DNA of 64,000 nucleotides, from the NCBI GenBank assembly GCA_963772725.1, contig CAVYYI010000001.1, positions 1,216,001 through 1,280,000 on the forward strand, written 5' to 3'. Shown here in pieces: positions 31,279 through 41,198 of the stretch (positions are counted from its first letter, which is position 1; each line of letters opens with the position of its first letter). The translations under genes were made by a program, and so were the position numbers. This DNA comes from an uncultured Phycisphaerales bacterium (GTDB taxonomy: Bacteria > Planctomycetota > Phycisphaerae > Sedimentisphaerales > Anaerobacaceae). The notes beneath the pieces are model-generated. The model made no database searches, was not told the origin of the DNA, and saw nothing but the letters and a program-made list of their open reading frames with translations.

Positions 31279-32334
31279 ATGACAAAGAGAACTCCTAAAA
31301 AGAAAAATTTGAGAGCAATTGACGTACTCAAAAAAGATGACTTGATTGTAATTGGCGGTGCGGGTGGATTTATCGCAGGTACACTGGCAAAGTATTTCAG
31401 TGAGCAGGGATTTACACATATCCGTGCTATTGACAAGAAACCGCTTCCAGAATGGTACCAGATTACACCATGCGTTGAAAGCTTGTGTATGGATTTGAGT
31501 GAAAAGAAATGTGCAGTCGAGGCCTGTAAGGGCGCCAGGGAAGTGTATAATCTGGCGGCGGATATGGGCGGTATGGGTTTCATTGAAAAATTTCGAATTG
31601 AATGTCTTAGGAGTGTTTTAATTAATACGCATATGATTGAGGCGGCTTACAAGGCGGGTGCAGAGCGGTACTTCTTCTCTTCGTCTGCCTGCGCTTATAA
31701 TGTTAATCTGCAGAAAGACCCGCATGTCCGGGCGCTGAAAGAATCCGATGCTTATCCGGCGATGTCCGAGCGAGGTTACGGCTGGGAGAAATTGATTTCA
31801 GAGATGTTTTGCGAGGAATACTGGGCCGAGCGAGGGATGATGACAGCAATTGCTCGTTTCCACAATGTTTATGGTCCCTATGGCACATGGGATGGCGGCA
31901 GAGAGAAAGCGCCTGCTGCGATTTGCCGCAAGGTAATTGAAGCCAAAGACAGCGGGAACCTCAAAATTGACATTTGGGGCAGCGGGCATCAGACCCGAAG
32001 TTTTATGTACATTGATGACTGTGTTTTGGGTATTGATATGATTATGCACTGCGAGAATCTGATTGCTACTCCGATTAACCTTGGTTCGAACGAATTGATT
32101 TCTGTCAATGATTTGGTTTCCTATGCCGAAGAAATCGGTGGTGTCAAGTTGGAGCGTCATTATGATATGAATGCTCCACAGGGTGTGGCCGGTCGAAACA
32201 GCGATAATACCTTTATCAGGCAGATTTTGAACTGGGAGCCGAGTACACCGTTCAAGCAAGGTCTCAAGAAGACTTACAAATGGATTGAACAGCAATATAA
32301 AGACCGTAAAGCTGGTAAGCGCACCGTTAGTTAA
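31279..32334 (+). CDS. GDP-mannose 3,5-epimerase-like SDR enzyme
   Basis: GAGGFIA, YNLAADMGGMGFI, SSSAC, YGWEK, RFHNVYGPYGTWDGGREKAPAAICRKV, GRNSDNT. Confidence 0.87.
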   Translation: MTKRTPKKKNLRAIDVLKKDDLIVIGGAGGFIAGTLAKYFSEQGFTHIRAIDKKPLPEWYQITPCVESLCMDLSEKKCAVEACKGAREVYNLAADMGGMGFIEKFRIECLRSVLINTHMIEAAYKAGAERYFFSSSACAYNVNLQKDPHVRALKESDAYPAMSERGYGWEKLISEMFCEEYWAERGMMTAIARFHNVYGPYGTWDGGREKAPAAICRKVIEAKDSGNLKIDIWGSGHQTRSFMYIDDCVLGIDMIMHCENLIATPINLGSNELISVNDLVSYAEEIGGVKLERHYDMNAPQGVAGRNSDNTFIRQILNWEPSTPFKQGLKKTYKWIEQQYKDRKAGKRTVS

Positions 32335-32355
32335 CTATATCCAAGGAGAAGTGCC

Positions 32356-33171
32356 GTGCCTAATGGGAAAAAACATGACATTACGAACATTATCGGAAAG
32401 ATTCAGTATCGAATTGCTCTGGCCGGTGGATGGATTGATCAGCCGTTTATGTCAAAGCATAATCCATCTCCTCCGGGTTCAATGGTTGTCGTAGCTGTAG
32501 AGCCACAGTTTCGATGGATGGAGCGTGCAGGTATCTGCGGCAGCACGCGTTCCATCGCAATGAACCTGTGGGATGGCAGATTGCCGGATGATAATCCCGA
32601 GAAGCTGGTTCGCATTTTATACGAAACTGAAAATAAGAATAAATCTGAACCATCCGGTTCGCAGGATATGATTGGCATCATTTATCCAGGCATCAACAGA
32701 CTTGATTATGATTTTGCGTATGAAGGAGGGTATTTCCCGAAACATATCGAATCGAATAATGACCCCGAAATTGCCCGCTGGCTTGAAAGCATGCTCTATG
32801 TTCTGCCTATCAATATGCGTCCAGATGGTTACAATCCTCTTGGCAGGCAAAACCTGACTCCTGAGTGGGTGCAGCATCTGGGGCAGTCCGGCAGGGATTG
32901 CTTCGATGCGATTTTGGACAAAAACCTCAAAGCGTTGGGGCAGTCGATGAATCATTGTATGAAAGCCTGGCATAAACTCTTGCCGGATATTTTTGAGCAT
33001 CCTGCGCTTAATCCGGATATTGTTCCTCTGATGGAGTACTATCAGAAAAGATATGGCGGTGCGATGTATTCCGGCTGTGGCGGCGGATATCTTTTTGTTG
33101 TATCCGATGAGCCGGTTCCTGGAGGCTTTCAGGTCAAGATAAAGGTAGCAAAGTCATGGCCCAAAAAGTGA
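32356..33171 (+). CDS. GHMP-kinase-like sugar(-phosphate) kinase
   Basis: RIALAGGWIDQ, SGSQD, YSGCGGGY. Confidence 0.75.
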   Translation: MPNGKKHDITNIIGKIQYRIALAGGWIDQPFMSKHNPSPPGSMVVVAVEPQFRWMERAGICGSTRSIAMNLWDGRLPDDNPEKLVRILYETENKNKSEPSGSQDMIGIIYPGINRLDYDFAYEGGYFPKHIESNNDPEIARWLESMLYVLPINMRPDGYNPLGRQNLTPEWVQHLGQSGRDCFDAILDKNLKALGQSMNHCMKAWHKLLPDIFEHPALNPDIVPLMEYYQKRYGGAMYSGCGGGYLFVVSDEPVPGGFQVKIKVAKSWPKK

Positions 33172-33974
33172 TAACAGCAGGCGGATTTAGTCAAATCGAT
33201 TCTAAAAAAGTCCGCTTCTTTCATGAAGCATCGCGATTAGGCCAACTCCGCGTTGTGTTGTTTGACGATGCCCTCATTGGAAAAATGACGGGAGACAAGC
33301 CGAAATTTCCATTGCCGGAACGAATTTACTTTGTTGAAAATATTCGATATGTCAACAGGGTCTATACGATTGGCAGCCTTGAGCAGCTTCGGGATATCTG
33401 CGGTTTGGTCGATTGTGATGTAAATATGTGGATTTCATTGCAATCTGAGAAAATTTCTGAGTTTTGCTCATGTGCTGAGGGCCAGAAAATTGAATACCGT
33501 GTCATTTCGGATGATTCGCTAAAGGGTTATCCGGAACATGATTATGATTTGAACAGTTCTTCAGGCAAAAAAGTAATTGTAACCGGCTGTTTTGACTGGT
33601 TCCACACCGGACATATAAGGTTCTTTGAAGAAGCATCGGAATATGGTGACCTGTATGTGATTCTTGGACATGACAAAAATATTATAGAACTCAAGGGACC
33701 GGGACACCCGATGTTCCCTGAGGATGAGCGTAAATATCTCGCTGGGGCAATCCGATTTGTCAAGCAGGCATTGATATCGTCCGGTGACGGCTGGCTGGAT
33801 GCTGAGCCGGAAATCATGAAGCTCAAGCCGGATTGTTATATTGTCAATGAAGATGGCGATAAGGATGTCAAGCGGCAGTATTGTAAAAGTCACGGAATTG
33901 AATATATTGTCCTGAAACGAGAGCCCAAACCCGGCCTAAAACGGCGGACAAGTACAGACTTGCGAGGTTTTTAA
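33156..33974 (+). CDS. Two-domain cytidylyl/adenylyltransferase-like protein
   Basis: C-terminal domain VTGCFDWFHTGHIRF (HxGH) and RTSTDLR; N-terminal copy degenerate (TAGGFSQIDSKK). Confidence 0.82.
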   Translation: MAQKVITAGGFSQIDSKKVRFFHEASRLGQLRVVLFDDALIGKMTGDKPKFPLPERIYFVENIRYVNRVYTIGSLEQLRDICGLVDCDVNMWISLQSEKISEFCSCAEGQKIEYRVISDDSLKGYPEHDYDLNSSSGKKVIVTGCFDWFHTGHIRFFEEASEYGDLYVILGHDKNIIELKGPGHPMFPEDERKYLAGAIRFVKQALISSGDGWLDAEPEIMKLKPDCYIVNEDGDKDVKRQYCKSHGIEYIVLKREPKPGLKRRTSTDLRGF

Positions 33975-34137
33975 AGTAAGAGCCTCTAATAAAAAGAGTC
34001 CAAATGCCTGTTTTTGATACTAAAAACGCCATTTTAGTTCATTATGTTAGAGGTTTTAAGTAAATAACTACCAGTTAAAACGGGTAGTATAATGCTTCAG
34101 ACGAAAATGGACGTTTCCTGAATTTGAATTTTTAAAA

Positions 34138-35265
34138 TTATTTACTGACCGCGATAATAATGACCAGGTCGATAATAAACAAAAGCACGATTACGCTTTC
34201 CAGAACCAGCATCAGGAAATTATTTTTATCCTGCTGAAGCATTCCGTATAGCTCGCCGAGCGTTTTAAGCTTTTCGTCGATTATATCATTCCAGTCGCCA
34301 AGATGAAAACGAATCGAGAGTTTTTCATAAATATTGGCCAGATGCCAGTCACCAAAAAATTTGGTGATATTGAGAAGTTCATCGCTGAGCCGGGCAAAAT
34401 CAACCTTGATTTCTCTGAGATTTTTTATAACTTCGCGCTGTGCCGACGAGCGCATCTGCCCCAAATCCCTGTAGGCCGCCTGAAGCGAGCTGTTGAGAAT
34501 CCTATCGTAAGCCTCGAGTTCCGCAAGCTGCACGTTCGCCAGCTCCATAATATGCAGTACATCGTTGAGCGAATCCTTGCCACCTATGACAAGAGCCGCG
34601 TCCCAGTCCACAACAACAAGGTCCTTATCATAGTAGCTAAGATAAAGGCTGGTCGATTCGCTTGCCTCCTGCTCCGAAAGCCGCTGAGGCTCTTGTTCCT
34701 CCGTGAGCAGGCCGGCAACGGCGCGGCGATTATCCATAAGCCAGTCCTCCGCGCAAACATCAGATTCCTCCTGCCCCGGCAGGTCATCAATGCAAAACAC
34801 CGTGTACGGTTCCTCCTGACTAAGCTGCGCAACAGGTTTAACACAATACGGCTCAAGTTCCTTTTTGGCCTGCTCGGCAAGTTTGCGCACCTCGTCTTCG
34901 ACAGTTTTATCGGCAAAGCTGAAATTGTGGTAAGGGACAAGGTCTTCCAGCCTTTCGACCTCAAAGGGTACGCGCAACTGTATGCTGATTGAACCGACAT
35001 CGAAAACCTTGATACTTCGCTGAATCTGTATTTGCCCGCTTGCCCCCTGCCAAACAATCAGGGGCAGCGTTACCATTTTAGGCCGATAGAAAAACAAATA
35101 CTTGGGCATACGCTTGCTTTGCAGCATTGTGTAATCGTACATCTTTTGCCCCAGCAGCGTCCCGCCAGGTTCCCGTTTCATATCATACGCAAGGTCGAAT
35201 GCGTAAATATAAACGACCTGTCCCCGGTATTTCGGACTTTTAGATTGACTGGTTTGTGAGTCCAT
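34138..35265 (-). CDS. Hypothetical protein (RMD1/DUF155-like architecture, C-terminal TM)
   Basis: 375 aa; helical C-terminal half ending VLESVIVLLFIIDLV. Confidence 0.7.
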   Translation of the reverse strand: MDSQTSQSKSPKYRGQVVYIYAFDLAYDMKREPGGTLLGQKMYDYTMLQSKRMPKYLFFYRPKMVTLPLIVWQGASGQIQIQRSIKVFDVGSISIQLRVPFEVERLEDLVPYHNFSFADKTVEDEVRKLAEQAKKELEPYCVKPVAQLSQEEPYTVFCIDDLPGQEESDVCAEDWLMDNRRAVAGLLTEEQEPQRLSEQEASESTSLYLSYYDKDLVVVDWDAALVIGGKDSLNDVLHIMELANVQLAELEAYDRILNSSLQAAYRDLGQMRSSAQREVIKNLREIKVDFARLSDELLNITKFFGDWHLANIYEKLSIRFHLGDWNDIIDEKLKTLGELYGMLQQDKNNFLMLVLESVIVLLFIIDLVIIIAVSK

Positions 35266-35294
35266 ATCGTCTTTCCGCTGACAAATTTAGTTTT

Positions 35295-35969
35295 TTATCT
35301 AATAGAGGGAATTAATGGCAGCTTGCTGTCTTCTTTAGTCGGTGCCGCACTGGTATAAGTAAATATTTTATATTCTTTGCCGCTCAACGCGATAGTTAGT
35401 CTGCCGCTTACACTGTAATTTTTGGCAATCCAGCCGTCAACGTAAATATAGCCTGATGCCTGATGCACCCTGCCGCTCTTATTATCCGTTATAAGCAATA
35501 TGAATTTGCCCTTTGTTATAAAATAAAGCTTCGAGGCGTCCCGGCTGCCGTTTTCATCGAGGTACTCTTCCGATGGTGCGATATTGCCCGCGAAATCTCC
35601 GCCCATTACGTCATAATCCACCTGGCCGTCTCTGTATGTCCCTGCCCATCTTCCGAATACGCTTCCATCAGGATTAATCTGCAGCGACACTGTCCCGCGG
35701 TCGCTGGTATCCTCACGCACGTCAGAACCATAATAAATATCTTTCGATATTTTTACCTGCTCGGCGGTCGGCTCCAAAGCCTGATTTTTTACTATCAGAT
35801 TATCAGCTTTCTTCCACGGCATTACCCTGCCCTGAGAATCCGTCTCCGGCATACCCGTGAAATTCCCGCTCATATAAAAAACTATTACACCAACGACAAC
35901 GCCCAAAAGCAGCAAAAGCAGCAGGACGTAGCCGCCACGGCTCAGACTTAGAAAAATTTCCCATTGCAA
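35295..35969 (-). CDS. Hypothetical membrane-anchored protein
   Basis: AAGGAG RBS, N-terminal TM, beta-rich body. Confidence 0.65.
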   Translation of the reverse strand: MQWEIFLSLSRGGYVLLLLLLLGVVVGVIVFYMSGNFTGMPETDSQGRVMPWKKADNLIVKNQALEPTAEQVKISKDIYYGSDVREDTSDRGTVSLQINPDGSVFGRWAGTYRDGQVDYDVMGGDFAGNIAPSEEYLDENGSRDASKLYFITKGKFILLITDNKSGRVHQASGYIYVDGWIAKNYSVSGRLTIALSGKEYKIFTYTSAAPTKEDSKLPLIPSIR

Positions 35970-36046
35970 AACTCCTTTCTTTTTGCTTTTTTACCAGTTT
36001 TCCGTTCAATAATCAATTAAAAATCGCATAGGATTTTTTTGCCACT

Positions 36047-36083
36047 CCTTCGACTTCGCTCAGGACGGTGAGCATGTCGAACC
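36047..36083. repeat. REP-like palindromic element
   Basis: CCTTCGACTTCGCTCAGGACGGTGAGCATGTCGAACC; shares GGTGAGC and GTCGAACC motifs with 23701-23805. Confidence 0.7.
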
Positions 36084-36103
36084 GAGAGGGACACAGATGA
36101 AGT

Positions 36104-36165
36104 CAGACGCAGGACTCAAGACTCACGACTATTTTTAAACGCTGATTACGCTGATGACACAGATT
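36104..36165. repeat. 7-mer and 9-mer period tracts
   Basis: CAGACGC AGGACTC AAGACTC ACGACTA; ACGCTGATT ACGCTGATG ACACAGATT. Confidence 0.8.
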
Positions 36166-36167
36166 TT

Positions 36168-36898
36168 TTAATTTCTTAATGTATCAATATAGACAAGTTC
36201 GCCGTTTTTGTCTTTATATTTCCAGAGTTTCCAGCCGTTAATTGTCTTTTTCTTAATCACCGCTATTCCGGCCATTGAGGGACTATCGAAACGTTTCTTT
36301 GATGGAATTAACTCAACTACGCCGTTAGGCAAAACCTTCGCCTTATGTTCTTTGCCATTATACGTGCAATAAATTCTCTGATAGGCTTTTAAAAGTCCCT
36401 GCAACGGTCTTTCTGCTTTAGAATCATACTTTCTTTTTCGTTTATGCGAAACTTTATGATTATTTGCTGATTGCTGAGAATTTCTGAAAATATTTTCCCA
36501 TTCCTCAATCGCTGCTTGTTTAGTATTTCTTTTTAAAATCGGCAAAAAGTTAGCTGACCGTTTAAGTTTCCCTTTTATGCTGTTTCCCTTTGGATATGCA
36601 ATTCGCAAGAGTAAAGATTCAAGTTCTTTAATGTGGTCTGGATGACGAATAATATAGAGGCTGAAATGTGTCCATGTGCCTTTTAGTCGGTCTTTTAGAT
36701 GATGTGGGATTCTGTTGCGTAAATTGCTTGCCAGTCCGACGTAGTGTAGTTTGTCTTTACGGTAAAGAGCATAAAGACCTTGTTCATCCATAGTCATATC
36801 AGAAATCACCTTGCGGTACTTATCAAAAATTGCAGAACTTACTTTTTCAAGATAACCGGTAACAATCGGTCTTGATAAATGTTTTCTTTTTTGGCCAT
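36168..36898 (-). CDS. GIY-YIG nuclease fused to a RAMA-like domain (start restored across a homopolymer indel)
   Basis: GLYALY..HYVGLASNLRNR; C-terminal YNGKEHKAKVLPNG..FDSPSMAG..NGWKLWKY; AGGAG RBS before ATG 36898. Confidence 0.75.
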
Positions 36899-36914
36899 TT
36901 ATTGAATCTCCCTT

Positions 36915-38417
36915 TTACGCAAGTTTATAGGCGATTTGTTCTTCGAGGATGTCTTTGACGGTGATTGGGCGGATTATTTTGCCGGTTTTTTTCAAAAAGG
37001 CCTGGATTTCGCTCATCGCATCCTGCGAATAATCGAACGAGACAAAAAATCCCTGCGTGCGGTCTTCTCGCATCATAACGGCCTCGAAAGAATCGATATC
37101 CGGCCTGCCGACCTTGTCTTTCTGCTTGACCTGAATAGGATACCACACATCCATAAAATCGAGTTCGCCTTTTGTTTTTTTCGGCGTCGCGGAGACAGGA
37201 TAAATACGGCCATCAATCCCCATATCGCCAACCTGAGCGACATTCGGCATCCCGCCAAGTGCGATAACCGCCCAGTTCTCAAATTCAAACGGCGGCAGTT
37301 CCCTAAGCTGTCTTTTCACTCCACGGCAGGTCACGGACAACAAACCCTCGCCCTATTTGCCAGAGCTTTTCATCTTCTTTAACTTTACACACATCTCGCA
37401 AACGCTTTGCCATCACACGGCAGGCCGTCGGCGAAATATCAATTCCGATCCATTGACGATTAAGATTTTCAGCAGCGACTAAGGCCGTTCCGCACCCGCA
37501 AAAAGCATCGAGAACAATATCATTCGGATTAGAAGATGATTTAATGATTCGCTCCAATAACGCAAGCGGTTTCTGTGTTGGATAACCCAATCTCTCTGAA
37601 CTTGTATTCGCTATGCGTGGAATATCCGTCCAAACAGATTGCAGAGCCTTTCCTGGCATTTCATCAAGATATTTTTTAGGCCATCCATTCGAGGTGTGCC
37701 ATCCTTTTTGAGAAGAATCAAGCCTTCTGAATACCACTTTTCGAGTTGTTCAATAGTATAACCCCACCCACGGCTTCTTGGTGGCATTGTTCCTCGCCAT
37801 TCAAATTTGCCAGAGTCACTATCTGACCTTGAGGCTGTCAAATCTTGACCAGTATAAAGGCGTCCATTCTCGTCTCGCTTATAGCGTTTCAATTGCACTT
37901 CATCATATCCTGCCGAAATAGTATGCCATGTGTACTTATCAGATTTAATATAAAAGAAAATCGTATCATGTATGCGTCCGTACTGGCCAGCATCATTATG
38001 TGAATTTGTTCGCTGCCATATTATTTCATTTTTGAACTGGTTTTCGCCGAAAATCTGGTCGAGCATAATTTTGACGTAATGTGAGGCGTGCCAGTCGCAG
38101 TGATAATAAAATGAGCCTGTCTTTTTCAAAACACGATGCAGTTCAACACAGCGAGGCCGCATAAATTCAATATATGCCTGCGTCGATGCGTGCCGGTCTT
38201 CAAACGCCCGCTTCTCTTTCGTCTCACCCCAGAACACTTCATAATTGCGATTGGAATTAAAAGGCGGGTCAATATAAATCAAATCAACACAATCCTCCGG
38301 CAGCTTTTTCAACTGCTCCAGATTATCGCCGCAGTAAATAACTCTCGTATCTATCAGAGCCGAAGGTTTTCCCCCAGCCTGAGTTTTTTCCGTTTCTATT
38401 TTAGCTTTCCTTGCCAT
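36915..38417 (-). CDS. Beta-class DNA methyltransferase fused to Mrr-like endonuclease (two frameshifts)
   Basis: DLIYIDPPF, YPTQKP, VLDAFCGCGT; C-terminal FEFENWAV..GDMGIDG..PIQVKQ. Confidence 0.88.
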
Positions 38418-38572
38418 AGCTCAATAGTTTAACCCCCACAGAATTTTTTGCAAGAGGCTATTGCCAAAAAGGTTTGCCATGAGTAAACTGCAATAAGTAT
38501 GCACGCGGGCAGTCTGCGTGATGATAGATTCTGGCTATGGAAGTTAGATATTAAGGAAAAGGACGAGTTGTT

Positions 38573-39904
38573 ATGACTCCGAAGCCATGCTATGAATTCC
38601 CACAGCTAAATGAAAGCATTTTGCTGGCGAAAACGAAAGCAACGATTTCAACTAATAAAAAAGACTTTGAAGGGGATGCAGAAGTTCGGCTTGACCTGCT
38701 GCCTGACGCAGGAATACATGTCCATGTGTTGTTACCAGAATGTTCGCCCCTCTTGGGATTGAAAGAGATTGAAACATTGGCTATTGACCATAATAATATT
38801 CCCGGATTTGCTTTAAAGTGTAGTACTTCGTCAAGCGGCGAGGCCACCCTAAAATGGTGTCCTAATGCGGAACCGCTGATCGGCCGTGGAAACCAAAATA
38901 CTGAAATTACTTCGCTCGTACTTCATCTCTTCAATTACGAAAATATCTTTGGTATTCGGCGGTCAAGCGAACAAGTCGGGCCCGCTCAATACACCATTCA
39001 TCACATAGACCTCAAAGCATCTGGCTGGAATCTGGAACTAAAATCATTAACGACCACTTCTGATACATTAAAATCTTTGGATGAAACAGGTGGATATGGC
39101 CTGACACATATTGGTTTCTTACAAAAAGTTGATGGTACAAGTTTCAATGGAAAGACAGCAGAAGAGATGTTAAATGCCTTGCGTTATTTCTTATCATTCA
39201 GTAAAGGAATATGGTGTAACCCTTGCTTGGCCGTTGGTTTCGATGATAAGGAAAACAGAGTGTGGGAGTCTTGGGCATCTCCCAAGGAAGGCTGGTCTAA
39301 ACCCTCCTCTTGGTTTGACACACAACATTGTGAGCAATTGATAAATCTTTTTCCGGGTTTTATGACCAAATGGGAAGATGAAGACTGGCGTGAAGCACTG
39401 GGCGAAGTAATATACTGGTATCTAAGCAGCAACATTTCGAGTCGTGGTATTGACAATGGTATTATCCTGACTCAAGCAGCAATTGAGAGACTTTCCTTCG
39501 AATATGCAGTAAAACACAAGAGATTAATTGAGTCAGAGGGATTCAAGAACCTTCGAGCATCTGATAAATTACGGTTGCTCTTATCTTCGCTGGACATTCC
39601 CATAGATATTCCAGCATCGACGCCGGAACTCAAACAATTTAATTGGATTGATGCTCCGCACGCAATAACAGAAATCAGAAACTCGCTTGTTCATCCGGAA
39701 CACAAAAGACGTGGCAAATTCGATGAGGTATTTTATCCTGCTTGGAAATTGGGGCAATGGTACTTGGAACTTGCGATGTTGAGGGTATGTGGGTATTTCG
39801 GTACTTACAGCAATCGATTGGTTCCTGAGAGATGGGTTGGTACAGTGGAGTCTGTTCCATGGGACAATGGCAGCGGAAAAGTAGTTTCGACTGCTTCTTC
39901 ATAA
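38573..39904 (+). CDS. HEPN-domain protein (ApeA-like architecture), putative anti-phage RNase
   Basis: 443 aa; helical C-terminal region with QAAIE and RX4H motif IRNSLVHP; next to R-M genes. Confidence 0.65.
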   Translation: MTPKPCYEFPQLNESILLAKTKATISTNKKDFEGDAEVRLDLLPDAGIHVHVLLPECSPLLGLKEIETLAIDHNNIPGFALKCSTSSSGEATLKWCPNAEPLIGRGNQNTEITSLVLHLFNYENIFGIRRSSEQVGPAQYTIHHIDLKASGWNLELKSLTTTSDTLKSLDETGGYGLTHIGFLQKVDGTSFNGKTAEEMLNALRYFLSFSKGIWCNPCLAVGFDDKENRVWESWASPKEGWSKPSSWFDTQHCEQLINLFPGFMTKWEDEDWREALGEVIYWYLSSNISSRGIDNGIILTQAAIERLSFEYAVKHKRLIESEGFKNLRASDKLRLLLSSLDIPIDIPASTPELKQFNWIDAPHAITEIRNSLVHPEHKRRGKFDEVFYPAWKLGQWYLELAMLRVCGYFGTYSNRLVPERWVGTVESVPWDNGSGKVVSTASS

Positions 39905-39915
39905 GCTTTGCTTTC

Positions 39916-40124
39916 AATCAGTGTCAATACTGTGTTAATCCGTGTCGAGAAAAATAGAACTCAGAACACAGAAGTCCGAAGAAAACTTAAAAAATCTCTG
40001 CGAACTCTGCGCTCTCTGTGGCAAAATTTCGTCGTGCGTTGTGTGTATTGCGTTGTGCGTCTTGCATCCTGTCTCGTCCAGCGTTTTTTCACGCTATACG
40101 CCTCACGCATCACGCTGTACGCTA
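39916..40124. repeat. Stack of 7-, 9- and 10-nt period tracts
   Basis: AGAACTC AGAACAC AGAAGTC; CTCTGCGAA CTCTGCGCT CTCTGTGGC; TCGTGCG TTGTGTG TATTGCG TTGTGCG TCTTGCA; CACGCTA TACGCCT CACGCAT CACGCTG TACGCTA. Confidence 0.85.
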
Positions 40125-40181
40125 TTTTCACACTGAAAACGCCGTTTTTCACGCGAAAAGTCCGATATGTCGAATTTAATA

Positions 40182-41191
40182 ACCTGAACTTTGTTTAAGC
40201 TGTGATGCAAAGAAATTCTCTGGGCTGGTAGCTGACGTTTTCGATTTTGAGCGCAGGCTTTTTCGGCAGTCTCGTATAGGCTACAAGACCGGCTATCAAA
40301 TGTGCCAGAAAGTTGATCGGGCTGCGGTGACGTGAATGTTCGATCTGACAGACATTTTTGAGTGTGTCATTGACCGTTTCAATCAATGAACGCTTTCGCA
40401 GCAGGATTTTATCCTCCAACTCCATCAAACGGCATTTCATATTTGCACGCATATTGGTTACCAGCTTAATTCCCTTGGCAAACAGTTTTTCAAACAGGCT
40501 CTGGCTGATGTAACCCTTGTCGCCAAATAGCTTTCCGAACAGGCCGTCGGCCATTGTCTCCACCGTGCTGCGATCATCGACATTACCTGCTGTCAGGCGG
40601 CAGCCCAATAAACCGCCGCGGTCATTAATGATCAGATGCAATTTAAAGCCAAAAAACCAGCCCATCGTTGTTTTACCTATTTGAGCAAGCCCGTCGAAAA
40701 CACGGTTGCGGCTGATGCGTTTATTATGACAGACTTTAAGTGCGGTGCTGTCAATAAAAGAAATACCCGTGGGCTCATCCATGCCATCGGTTTGCAAATA
40801 TACAAGCAGCGGGATTATTGCCCTTGGTATCAGATAAACAAAGCGGTCGTAGCTGACCATATCGGGAAAATCATGGCGGTGATGGGCAAGAAGGTAGTGA
40901 TAGAAATCCTTGAAAGTGCGATAGCCGCTGGTTTGGAAGGCAATAAGAATAGTCATGATCTCGCTGGTACTTAAGTTGCCTTGCCTGTTGCGTTTACGCG
41001 TTCCATCTTCTATGAGGTGCTTTACATACATTTTTTCAAAAGCTTTCCAACAATCATCGACATTCACAAATAATGTGGTAAAATCCGCTGTCATACGGCC
41101 TCCTTGCCTGCTTGGTTAATAATATTTACAAAACTATTATTTCCATCGGCAGGTTGGCCGTTTTTCTTGTATCCTTATCCAAAGTTCAGGT
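40182..41191 (-). mobile_element. Complete IS982-family insertion sequence
   Basis: TIRs ACCTGAACTTTG(TT/GA)TAAG at both ends; target duplication TAATA (40177-81, 41192-96), or TTAATAA if the ends are shifted by 1 bp. Confidence 0.93.
40195..41094 (-). CDS. IS982-family transposase
   Basis: SEIMTI, FIDSTALKVCHNKR, GWFFGFKLHL, FGDKGYIS, RSLIETVN, IEHSRHRS. Confidence 0.95.
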   Translation of the reverse strand: MTADFTTLFVNVDDCWKAFEKMYVKHLIEDGTRKRNRQGNLSTSEIMTILIAFQTSGYRTFKDFYHYLLAHHRHDFPDMVSYDRFVYLIPRAIIPLLVYLQTDGMDEPTGISFIDSTALKVCHNKRISRNRVFDGLAQIGKTTMGWFFGFKLHLIINDRGGLLGCRLTAGNVDDRSTVETMADGLFGKLFGDKGYISQSLFEKLFAKGIKLVTNMRANMKCRLMELEDKILLRKRSLIETVNDTLKNVCQIEHSRHRSPINFLAHLIAGLVAYTRLPKKPALKIENVSYQPREFLCITA

Positions 41192-41198
41192 TAATAAG

